Positions 13,711 to 24,309 of a DNA stretch of 64,000 bases are shown here, piece after piece (positions within the stretch are counted from its first letter, which is position 1; each line of letters starts with the position of its first letter). The translations under genes and the position numbers were made by a program. The notes beneath the pieces were generated by a model. It was not told where the DNA came from, did not search any database, and saw only the letters and a list, made by a program, of their open reading frames with translations. Location: positions 15,562,001 to 15,626,000 of the forward strand of contig JBITNC010000002.1 of the NCBI GenBank assembly GCA_050084985.1. The letters are read 5' to 3'. This DNA is from Nageia nagi (Eukaryota > Plantae > Pinophyta).

Positions 13711-15399
13711 TGCAAAGTAATGAAAGATCTAAATAGTCTTGCAAAATGACTTGGTGCATGCTTTCAGGTACAAAGGAACCTATGTTTCATTTTAATTTTT
13801 CAAAAAGTGTTATTGTTAAATATTTGTACAAATAGATAATATTATTGATTGTTGGCATCATATTGTTAAGTGAATGTAATTACTTATGTATCCTAAAGAA
13901 GTATTTATAAAAGGTTTATTTTTAATACTGTAAATTCATTGTATTGAAGTATTTTGCAGGAGTCTTATACAATTTTAGAGTGAAGAACTGAATAAGGAGG
14001 TGCAAGAATCACATGAAAGGAAAAATACTTGAAGGAAATAGAAAATACTTGATGAATAATATATGTTAGAGAAGTGCTTACAAGTAATTCGATAGTTTTG
14101 TATGAAGAGAGTAGAGAAACTCTTAATTGTACTTTGCTCTTTCCTTTATCATTTTGTGCAGTCATTTTATTTGAAATTATTGTATTATCTTATGTCTATG
14201 TTAGCATTGGCTATATGGGACCAAATTTTATGTAGTAATATTTTTATAGGTTGATGCAAATTTTGCACCATCCATGGAGAACCATACCAATATTTTCTTA
14301 GGTGGAATTAGACCACGTTTGGTATATTTAACTATAAAAAATTATTATCTAGATTTGATTATTGGACTTGGTTAATGATAGAAGTGAAAGTCCTGGTCTA
14401 TAAGGCTTTCAAAAATAGATTTTGTTATATAATTCATGTAAATTTTGTTTTATTTCACGTTTTCAAAAAGTGTTATTATTAAATATTTATACAAATAGAT
14501 AATGTTATTGATTATTGATATCATATTGTCAAGTGAATGTAGTTTCATATATATATACAATATTTATGAAAAGCCTTATTTTTAATACTATAGAGTCATC
14601 GTATAGAACAATTTTTTCATGAATCTTACATAATTGTAGAGTAAAGAGTTGGAGGAGGTGCAAGAATCACATGAAAGGAGAAATACTTGAAGGAAATAGG
14701 AAACACTCAATGAACATTATGAAACATATTCATAGCCTTCATAATTATTATGGAGGCTTTTTATATAGATAATTAAAATAGTAAAGTTTTGAGATGGTTT
14801 TAAACTACCTTTAAAGGTTTTTTTGAGGTAGTTTTAAATCACTTACAAAGGTTTTTTGAGGTGGGTTTAAACCCAATCTATAATAATTTTTATTTTTTTA
14901 GTGCAATTTGGAGGTGGTTTTTGGGACCCTATATAGGCAATTTAAATCGCCATCGTAGGGAATCAACTTTTAATGATCGTCGGATAATCACCCATAAAGC
15001 ACTTTAGGGGAAGTTATAAACTACCCCTAAAGGTACTCACTAGATAACATTAGAACTCATTGTAGGATGGGGTAATACTAATGGCCAATAGGATTTATGA
15101 GCACATTAAGATGGAGTATCCTCATACCACATAATACCCAGTAGAAAAATTAGAGATGATGAATATGTTCAACCTACTCACATACCTTTAAACTTGATGT
15201 GATGATGAATTAGTTGATATTTGTATTTTTTTGTTAGTTCCTAATCCAAGGAGTTAGTTTGAATTAACATAAAGGTGTGTCCAAGCCACCCACACCTTTT
15301 TTATTATAAATGTACTTGTATTTTTTATAATATAAAGGTCTTTATATTAAAAATAAAAAATAAATCATGAAAAATTGCCCTAAAGTAAAGTATTAAAGA

Positions 15400-15632
15400 T
15401 GTGCCCACTATTCTTGATCTATTGGTAGAGATGTCTAATTTAGGTATAGAGTCCTAGGTTCATGTTTCAAGGGCTCATGGAATCAAGAGTATATTGCACT
15501 CTCATACATATAAATAGTTAAATTGATGCATTGGAGGTTATAATGGAAGTGAGAGGCGTGATTTGAACCCATGGAGAGGCATCTAAAAATGTAAAAAATT
15601 GACTGATTCCCTTAGTATAATTAAAAAAAAAA
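15400..15632 (+). mobile_element. tRNA-derived SINE
   Basis: A-box-like ttgatctattggtagag, B-box-like ggttcatgtt, poly-A tail, and a 13-bp TSD aaagtattaaaga (15387-15399, 15633-15645). Confidence 0.8.
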
Positions 15633-16407
15633 AAAGTATTAAAGAGGTTAAGGAAGTATATATAAACTAGAAAGAACCTTTAAAATAGCAAGTAAAAGCA
15701 TTTCTTTGCTTACCATCATCATCATTGGATGCATTAACTTTCTTTTTTGCCTTTTTTTAAATATTTTGCCTCAATACATTCATATTTGCCACAAAATGAT
15801 AAGTAATTTAAGAGTCTTTCTTAAAACATTACCATGTTCACATTAGCTTTAATGTCATGCTATAAGTTTAAGGTATAAAATAAAAAATAAACCTAAAATC
15901 ATACTAATCAAGGAGCTTGTTAGAAGATATAAAATATTACTATTAACCAAGATGAACAACACAATGGAAGAGAGAGGAAAAAAACCATCAAGAGAGGAGA
16001 TACCAAAATTTTGAAAGGGAAAAAAAAATTGTATTATAAAAATAGATAATGCCTAAAGAATTTTAAAGAGAAAGTCTATCATAATAACATTAATACAAAT
16101 ATTACACTTTCACTCTACTCCAGGTCATTCCTTGGATGATGAAATGAGAGGAGAGACACTTCTTAAATAGAAATAAAAGAGGAAAATTAATTAATAACTC
16201 TTATGTTTTAGGGCTACCAACTTTCACCTTATGTGCGCATAGGTGTCAACACACTCTTAAGGAGGATGTGTGTGTGTACATAAATGTACCATATTATCTA
16301 AATCTAATATTCCTCATGGAGGAGTTATGAACTACTTATAAAAACTAAATTAGGTGGTAGAGATTCCTTTAGAATATCTCCACAAATTATAAATAAATAT
16401 GAATGAG

Positions 16408-16662
16408 AGGCCCAAGGGTTTGGTATAATAATCAAGTCATGCCCATAATTAGGAAATGCCATAGGTTCAAATTCCTCAAGTGTTGTAGTATCAAAGGGTG
16501 TGTTATGACACAACCACCAATTATGTTAAAAATTTTACTTAGCACAACTGGTGGTTATAATGGAAATATAAGTAGGATTTGAATCCATGATGAAGTGGAG
16601 AATATTGTAACTAGCTATTGATTCCCCTAGTATAAAAATAAAAATAAAAATAAAAATAAATC
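16408..16662 (+). mobile_element. tRNA-derived SINE
   Basis: B box ggttcaaattcc (16464), (TAAAAA)n tail, and a 16-bp TSD aataaatat[g/t]aatgag (16392-16407, 16663-16678). Shares its 3' body with the SINE at 15400. Confidence 0.8.
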
Positions 16663-16779
16663 AATAAATATTAATGAGGAATTATCCTCACCTACCCTAA
16701 CCCACCACAAATTTACATATTCCAACACAAAGATATTATATTATATGGTACCATGTGCACTTTCATTATTTTTAATCTT

Positions 16780-17260
16780 CTAGCATGATAATATTGGGAA
16801 GGTTATCCATTAGTAATACATTTGTGGATGGCTCCAAAGTGTTCAAACTTTATACACCTATGCAATATCCAAGGTGTACTTTCCATGGATTGTATCCATG
16901 GACATCCAAATTGTAGATTATAGGGAAGAAAATTCTTTCATTATATAATATGAAGTATTGAGTATTTTTTTTATCCTACTTGTATAAGAAGGTATATCAC
17001 TTTAATAGTTATTTTTCCTTACTATTGAATCCTCTTTTTTTCATATTCAATGGCTTAATTGGGTGCAAGTTACCTTCCTTATAATGATGTAATAAAGTTG
17101 TACAACATATGTTCAATCCAAGTATTATATCCATAAAGACTCTTTTCATTTTGTTATTAAGCATATTCACTTCAATGTAAAGATGTAGACTTTGGTCAAT
17201 GATATCATTGCTAAATATCTCATTTGGAATTGCAAACATCCATTTAGAGTCACCCTTAAT
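16780..17260 (-). mobile_element. Ty3/gypsy (Tat/Ogre-like) aspartic protease region fragment
   Basis: LYIEVNMLNNKMKRVFMDIILGLNIC and PYNLQFGCPWIQSM...HRCIKF resemble the RVLIDxGxxLNI and YNLLLGRPWIH motifs. Confidence 0.6.
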
Positions 17261-20200
17261 GTGTTGAAAACCTAGGTTATCAATACTTTCTCAAGATTAA
17301 ATTTTTTTATATGGATTTTTCAATATGAGTTGTATATCATTTTAATCTATTGAGTTTTTTACATTAAAGCACAATTCAAACCTTACAAACATTAAAAGGT
17401 TAGTAAGAAGAATAGTTAAAATGGTATAAATATAAAAAATATCACATGATCAAGATTATAAACTTTGACATGTAAGAATAAACATAGATGAAGATATTTT
17501 CAATATGCATGATTTTGATTATTTATATTATAGGGGTACAAGAGATGATGTACATTATAATGGTGAGCAACCTAATATTGATAAGCAACATCATAATGAA
17601 ATACAAATGCAGATAGAAAATATGCAATTAAAAAATCAAATTTAATAAGATAATAAAAGGTGGATTTCATAAAATGAGGTACCACATAGATTACCCTTAC
17701 GTGCATTGCTTATGGAAGAAATGAGGGATAAATTTATGCATTATATCTTAGATAATAAGGATTTATTATACCATTTTATCATGTAGCTTTGAGTACAATA
17801 GATCATCCTTAAAATTTAAGGAGAATTTGGTGTAATAGATCCAACTCCATTTTTATGATGTCAATATGATTCATACAATGATTCTAAAAATACATAATTT
17901 CAAGATGGCATAACCTTGACACTAAAAAAAAATTTCATAGGTTATTATTTAACTTATAAAATTTTTAAATGGCCATTATAACAATCCTAAAGTACCTTAT
18001 AAGTAGTCTAAACCCTCAAACTCATAATGTGAGTGATATTGAATAAGATTTCCAAATTGTAAGTAGTCTATAACTAGTCTCACATACCACAAGCAATTTG
18101 GTTTCTATGATAAAATATAGTCATACTTCAGTTATTTCAATTTATAATCATTAGGATAAATTTTCAAACCTTGAAAATTACTATGCACTAACCGAGATAT
18201 CTATTTGATTTCTCCACCAACCACATCTTGGCTATTTCTTTAATCTCCTTAACACTTATGATTCCTCCTCAGCAAACCTCATATCATGCATAAGGTTAGA
18301 TTCCATAGATGAAAATAAACCAAGGATAATAGTACAACCATTAAATCTAATACAAAAAGAAACTCATGATAATCAATTAAGCTAAGATTATAAAAATGAA
18401 AATTAAGAAGAAGAACCAATATTTGAAGAAGTTTTGGGACGATGCCTATGGGTTTGATCTCTCAATCAGTATTGATATATCTCCTTAGTGTAGCAGACTT
18501 GCATCCTTATGTAGGGTAAAATGATTTTAGAGAAGTTAATGAATTTGTTAAAAAGATAACAAATTGAGTAATTCAGATACTAAAGAAAAATTACCAAAAG
18601 TTTGATCAAGTATTATAAGAGAGACTAGTGATGAAAATTAAAAACTTGAAGCATACAGAGTATTTGGCATGTTCAAAAGATAAAGGCCTAGAGAAGGATC
18701 AATGGATAACTAAAGAAGGGTTTGCTCACTTAAGTGAGGTGTGAAAGCACCCACATGGAAGGTCCCAAGTTCCACTCCCACCCTCCATGTTGGTGATATT
18801 TAAAAACTCTTGATAGGTCCTATAAACCAATAGGTTTAAAAGATGTTAAATGTTGACTTTACCTTTTCAAATAACCATACCTAACTTGAGTATGTCATAA
18901 GCAAAAGATCATATTTTCCTATACCTTAGGCAATTGTTGCAGGAGAATCCTAGAAAATCCAAAAGAAAACTCAAGCTTATAAATGTTTGACACCCAAAAT
19001 CTCACGTTGATTTAGCTTTCTAAGTTCTAAGATTTAAATTTCATTTAAATCATATTATCGAGCATGTATTAATACTTTTTTAAAATTTTCTTAGATGTTT
19101 AGGAAGGTAGGAAGGAACTATAAAGGAAATCTCAAAAGAAAAGAAAAGATACAAGGGTTTGGTAAATAAAGAACTTTGGAAAAGCTTAAATTCGAAAAAG
19201 AAAAAGGATCTAAAGCCCATAAAAGTACAAATACTAGAACCAAGAAAGAGATCTAAAAAAAATAGAAGAAAATAATCATATTGAAAAGAGCTAGAACAGT
19301 GGAAGATCAAAGATAGAAAAAGCTTGAGAATAACAAAAAATTTAGAGACTTAAATAAGATATGTGTCATTCATTTCAAATACTATCAAAAGAATTATTGA
19401 CAAGTGTATACCATGAAGCCATTATTAATCAATGTGGACATATAATGGAGAATTTGCAGAACCTAAATAAAGTATGAGCATCTAGTTAGCAAAAAGGCAA
19501 TAAAGGTGACACTAAGATAACATGTTAAATTAGTAGAGACGAGAAAAGACAAACATTTTAATTTATAAAAAGTATACAAAAGGCATCATAACAAAGATCC
19601 AAATTGAATATGAGATTTTGAAAACTCTTGAGAGATTATAATAAAAGAAGTTTGATAAACACAATAGAGGAGGTAGCGATAGAGAATTAAACAAAAAAAT
19701 AAAGATGACAAAGGATGAGTTTGAGGTCCGATTGAAATATATTGCACACAAAAGTTGTACAAGAATCTCTAAAATCTTAAGAGTTGATAAAAGCTATACA
19801 AAGATAACTAGATGGTGCATTAGAAATCGACTTCCATTTGAAGAAGCCTTATCTAAGGTTGTTTGTAATTATTTCCTTCATTAATAGAAGATATTTTTTT
19901 AAATTTCAAAGTTAGTGTGTGATTCATGATCATAAGTTTTTTTTCATCGTTAATTGTAATTTTTAGAAGATTATTAAATATTTTATCTCATTTATATTAC
20001 TCTCATTGTATCAATACCTTAAAAAGAAGACATGTATTCTTTAAATTATATTTTTTTCAAAAAATTAAAGACCTTACATTAAAAAACAAATGATAGATCA
20101 ACTATGTAAAAAGAGTTGAAGAGACAAATGATTCAAATCTAATTCCAAAATTTCAATCTTTTGATTTAAAAAAAAAGGCAAATGATAACTAAAATATCAA

Positions 20201-20457
20201 ATTATATAAAAAATTCAAAACCAAACAATCAATAATGAAATGTTAATTTTTTAAAATTATTTAAAAATGAAACTTATCTATTATAAAATTTGCATCAAAG
20301 AACCTTCAATCAATAAACTTTGTGTAAGATTTAGTGAAACATTAAGACCCTAGCCAGATGGTGCTGCTTCGCTTTTCAACGAAATCCTCCTGAAGAGCTC
20401 GAAGGCTCAGCAGGCAGAAACATCGAACTCCAACACTGTATCGCCATAGCAGATGCC

Positions 20458-21717
20458 ATGGCCATCGGTCGGCATAAGCTATTCCTCCACTTTTTGGTTG
20501 CGCACAGTTGCAGTTTGAGCTTCTTACGATCTTCGCCATGGATTTCACAGTCCAATTTTCATGAAAGTCTCTCTATCCTCGCAGAAGCCCCGGAAACTCA
20601 TGCCATTCACTCTTCGAATGCTCATTCTCAGTACTCAAATGCTTTTGCGGAGTTCGCCGCCACGAAATTTGACCTTCCGTCTCAGGAAATCGCATGTATA
20701 TTGAAAAACAACCCGTCATTGGAGAGGCTCAAAACCCTAGATCGAGTGGAGCGATTTGTTGACATGCTGAAGAGGCACGGCTGCACTCAACAGCAGATTT
20801 CATCCATGATGAAAAGGTTGCCCAAACTTCTGAATGTTAATCCGGATAAGGTGATCGAGCCCAAGATTCAGGTATTGAGAGATTTGGGCATTGAGGGTGA
20901 GGATCTAGCAAAAATTATGACCCGCTGTCCAAGAATCTTGAGCAGCAGCCTCCAGCATTCTCTTATTCCGGCTCTCACCTTCTTGAAAAATATATATAAG
21001 ACTCCTGATTTGCTTATCAGAGCCATTTCGAAGAGCCCATCAATTTTGACATATGATTTGGATAAATACCTGAAACCCTCCGTTGCTTTTTGGGAGGGTT
21101 GTGGTTTGACTGGAGAGCAGCTCGCAAAATCCTTATCGACAAGGCCGGGACTTCTACTCTGTACTAGTTTAACGTCTGCTAAAGCCGATCTCCTCCGGAA
21201 GATCGGCACTGACAATGGAAGCAGAACGTACAAACATGTTTTGATCATGGTGGTGTGTTCCCGCACGGAAACCTTGGAGGCCAAGGTGAACAACTTTCAA
21301 CGGTTGGGACTCACAACGGAAGAAACCATGGAATTGTTTAGGGCTTTTCCGTATGTCTTCTGTTTATCTCAGGAAACGATCAGGCAGAAATTTGAATTCA
21401 TAGTAAGCAAGATGGGACTTCCGGCACATTCAGTGGTCAAGGTGCCGCAGTTGCTTCCATCGAGTCTGGAAAAGGTCGTGAAGCCCAGATTACTAGTTCT
21501 GCAAAAGATGAAATCTTTGAATGGGGATGAGGATGTTCTGAGGGGGATTTCTTCAATATTGAGGATGTCAGCAGCGATGTTTGAGAACAAGGTCATAAAG
21601 GAACACGACGAGTCAACACTTCTGAATCAGATTTATCAGGAGGCTCTCACCAATGCCTCAACAAAGTCTAAAATGAAACCAAGCATACAAATCTTAAAGA
21701 AATGTTGGTATTTTTAA
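20458..21717 (+). CDS. mTERF family protein, 419 aa, intronless, with a putative organellar transit peptide
   Basis: Repeated ~32-36 aa mTERF motifs (MKRLPKLL..VIEPKIQVLRDLG; MTRCPRILSSSL..LIP; SKSPSILTYDL..LKP; ETIRQKFEFIV..; PQLLPSSLEKVVKPR). Ser-rich N-terminus. GC and CpG retained. Confidence 0.93.
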   Translation: MAIGRHKLFLHFLVAHSCSLSFLRSSPWISQSNFHESLSILAEAPETHAIHSSNAHSQYSNAFAEFAATKFDLPSQEIACILKNNPSLERLKTLDRVERFVDMLKRHGCTQQQISSMMKRLPKLLNVNPDKVIEPKIQVLRDLGIEGEDLAKIMTRCPRILSSSLQHSLIPALTFLKNIYKTPDLLIRAISKSPSILTYDLDKYLKPSVAFWEGCGLTGEQLAKSLSTRPGLLLCTSLTSAKADLLRKIGTDNGSRTYKHVLIMVVCSRTETLEAKVNNFQRLGLTTEETMELFRAFPYVFCLSQETIRQKFEFIVSKMGLPAHSVVKVPQLLPSSLEKVVKPRLLVLQKMKSLNGDEDVLRGISSILRMSAAMFENKVIKEHDESTLLNQIYQEALTNASTKSKMKPSIQILKKCWYF

Positions 21718-24202
21718 AATTTACATCTCTGACAAAATGGCATGACCTTCTTCAGGAATGGTGAAGTACAGATAGAATCATCTCTGTGAACCATGGGAGT
21801 AGACAAACTCTGCTCATACAGTTATCCATTTAGCTGGACGTCTTTCAATCTGGGGCAACATTCCCAAACTATAGGAGGACAGATTAATGTGGTGTCTTGA
21901 TACAAAGATGACTGCTTTGTTTCTCATATATTTGGTTTTCAAAGGAGGTATGCACTTCAACATTTGAATATTTATGTTAATTTTTCAATCACTTTTGCGG
22001 CAACCATTCAATCTGGATTTAATACATGTGGTTTCAACGACTCAAAAGTCTATTAGATTTGTGTTTCTTTTAGGAAAACACTAAGTATTATGTATATTAT
22101 ATTTGAATGCTGTTTCAGAAGGAATAAATAAAATCGTGGAGGGCTACTATCCGAAAAGCCTCTATCTACAGGGAAGCCCTATTGCTCCTAGGTTGACCTC
22201 TAGTCTTATCCCCAGGGCTGTTACTGTTTTGAGATTTCGCCATCAGCTTAAGCTGTCCACAACAATTTATTTATCTTTCACACATACTACCATCTATTCT
22301 AAAGCTTTTGAGTTTAGAAGCCTTACAAACTTTTCTTGAAAGTGCTGTTCAAATCTTTTAGTTTCTTGGGGAACATTAACTGGTATCAATTCCATTTTTC
22401 TCCCAAATCTTGCTATAAGGTGGATGGTTATAATCTTATATACGTACATACCTCTTATTAATTAGACTTGAAAGAATGGTAGGTCAGTTATCATGGTGAA
22501 GAGTGCAAACTTTTAAGGCAAAATGATCAATTGACAATTTTTAAGTGTAGGTTCAGCATGTCTCAAGCAGGGGTAATGGATGATCCACAGGTTCAGGAAA
22601 ATGGATGCAATTGGAGGACGGATGTCATTCACTTTGGAATCCTTGGTTTAATAACCCGTACCATTATAGTGCTGTGATGCCATTGAAATTTCAGAAAAGT
22701 TAACAATGCACTGAAATCGGATATGTATTCTAGCCAACCAGTCCATGTAACACGCTTATTTGAGACAAATATTATATCAGGCTCTATCCTTTTTCTATTA
22801 CCCTCATCTCATCTGTATATAAGAATTGTTGTTATCATAAGTTCTAACCAATATTTCTAGCTGCATAAATTTCTTATTGTGTGAATGCCTTTCTCCATTG
22901 TAGTACTAGGTCTTGTTTTCTTCTTGTTTCAATTTTTGTAATTACATACATGAAATGACTAATATCTTATTAACTATATACATGAAATGATGCAGTATTC
23001 TAATAATTGTAATATCCCTCTTTGCATCATTTGATGATAAAATAACCTTGCTTTGTTGGACACAAACAAAAACATCAAACCAACAGACTGGCTTACATTC
23101 TTTTAAATTGCTGTAACTCTTTTTTGATGGAGTTGGACATACAGTTCAAATGTCATTGGTAAAATGGAATATGCACTTATAGTATACTCAAGAACACATC
23201 ATTATCAATTGTAATTCTTTTTTCTATAGAGTGGGGCATACAGTTCAAACGCTATTGGTAAACTGGAATATACTCGAGGAATGTATTGTTACCAATCTTA
23301 GAGATATACCTATTAGTTCATTGTAAAACATCAGATATTGGTTGGGAAACTCTATTGTTTGAATTAGTAATTACATTCTCAATCGCTTACTAGAAATAAG
23401 AAAATCGTGAGTGAAATGGAATAGTGCAATCCTCTCAAAGCATCATTAGTGAAGATACATTGGTTCATTACAAGTGGAAACTAGAAACATGATTTTCTTT
23501 TTATTTTTTTTAATACATATTGAAGACACATTAGACAACGAACATAACATTTTCTGAAGGATTTCAAATTGTCATTCATTCTGTTTTAATTCTTACATAA
23601 AAAGTTTTGATCAATTTTATTCACTGAACTGAAAATTTTGGAGGGTTTGAAAAATAAAAAAGTGAACTAGAATTAAAGAATTAATCTCCTAAAACATGAT
23701 TTTTTTGGAGTGTCAAGAATTCCCAATAGATTTGCATGATGTGTCAAATATCAATCCTTGTCTTCAACTTGTCAAATTTGTCTGATACCTTTAAGCTCCA
23801 TCGAAAATAAATCTCTTTTTCAAACTATTCATGTAACCTGGTTACACAAAAATCCACTAGCAGAGATCCATTTGTAGAAAGTTATTTGCAATGTCAATAG
23901 GTTTCTTTTGCAAAATATGTGTGCAATTTGGTACATTGAAATTCTTTTATTTTTGACAATTTCAATATGATAAATGGTCGCATATGAACACTACAAACTA
24001 GTACAATCCAAAGAATATCGGGTTAAAAATAAATCATTGTTAGAAATCATATGATGTGCGGCATGTGCCATAAAAGCTAAGGCTCTGTTTTTATTTTATT
24101 GCAGGATAACTTCCAACCTTTTTTCATCTTTTAATACATATTGTGTAGTTCAATATCATCAAAATGCAGAATTTTGGAAATACCTTTAAATTGTAAACAC
24201 TC
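21718..24202 (+). repeat. mTERF 3' flank, copy 1 of a segmental/tandem duplication
   Basis: 22285-22945 aligns with 29506-30190, 22960-24202 aligns with 32050-33264, and its 5' part aligns with 57182 onward. Confidence 0.85.
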
Positions 24203-24309
24203 CTATGTATATCTTTACCACATAACTAGCTTTAGGCTTCCAACAATCATCAATGATGTAAATTAATAAATTTAGAAAATCGTAAAAAATATATTAACCA
24301 CATATTATA

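Larger units (their letters stand above)
11075..14720. repeat. Dispersed direct repeats within the mosaic
   Basis: A module starting ttcctttatcattttg occurs at ~11080, 13170, 13545 and 14140. A second block 13795-14065 is repeated at 14460-14720. Confidence 0.75.
7019..15032. mobile_element. Candidate Pack-CACTA element (left terminus plus subterminal repeats) around a PPR/kinase fragment mosaic
   Basis: CACTAGACTAAAAA at 7019. A near-palindromic GGYRGTTTTAAACYRCC motif occurs at 7121 and 7151, then again at 14793, 14825, 14858, 14936 and 15007. Right terminal TAGTG not found. Confidence 0.45.

Noticed and set aside
15400-16480. tRNA genes
   Set aside because: A and B boxes are present but there is no cloverleaf, and poly-A tails with TSDs indicate SINEs.
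17400-19900. Faint gag-like and SINE-like traces
   Set aside because: Too decayed to assign boundaries or family by eye.
20868-21596. Antisense ORFs over mTERF (also 56074-56592)
   Set aside because: Shadow frames of the coding strand with no independent features.
21703-21714. CaaX prenylation motif CWYF
   Set aside because: Aromatic residues fit poorly and the Cys position is not conserved in the paralog (RWCF).
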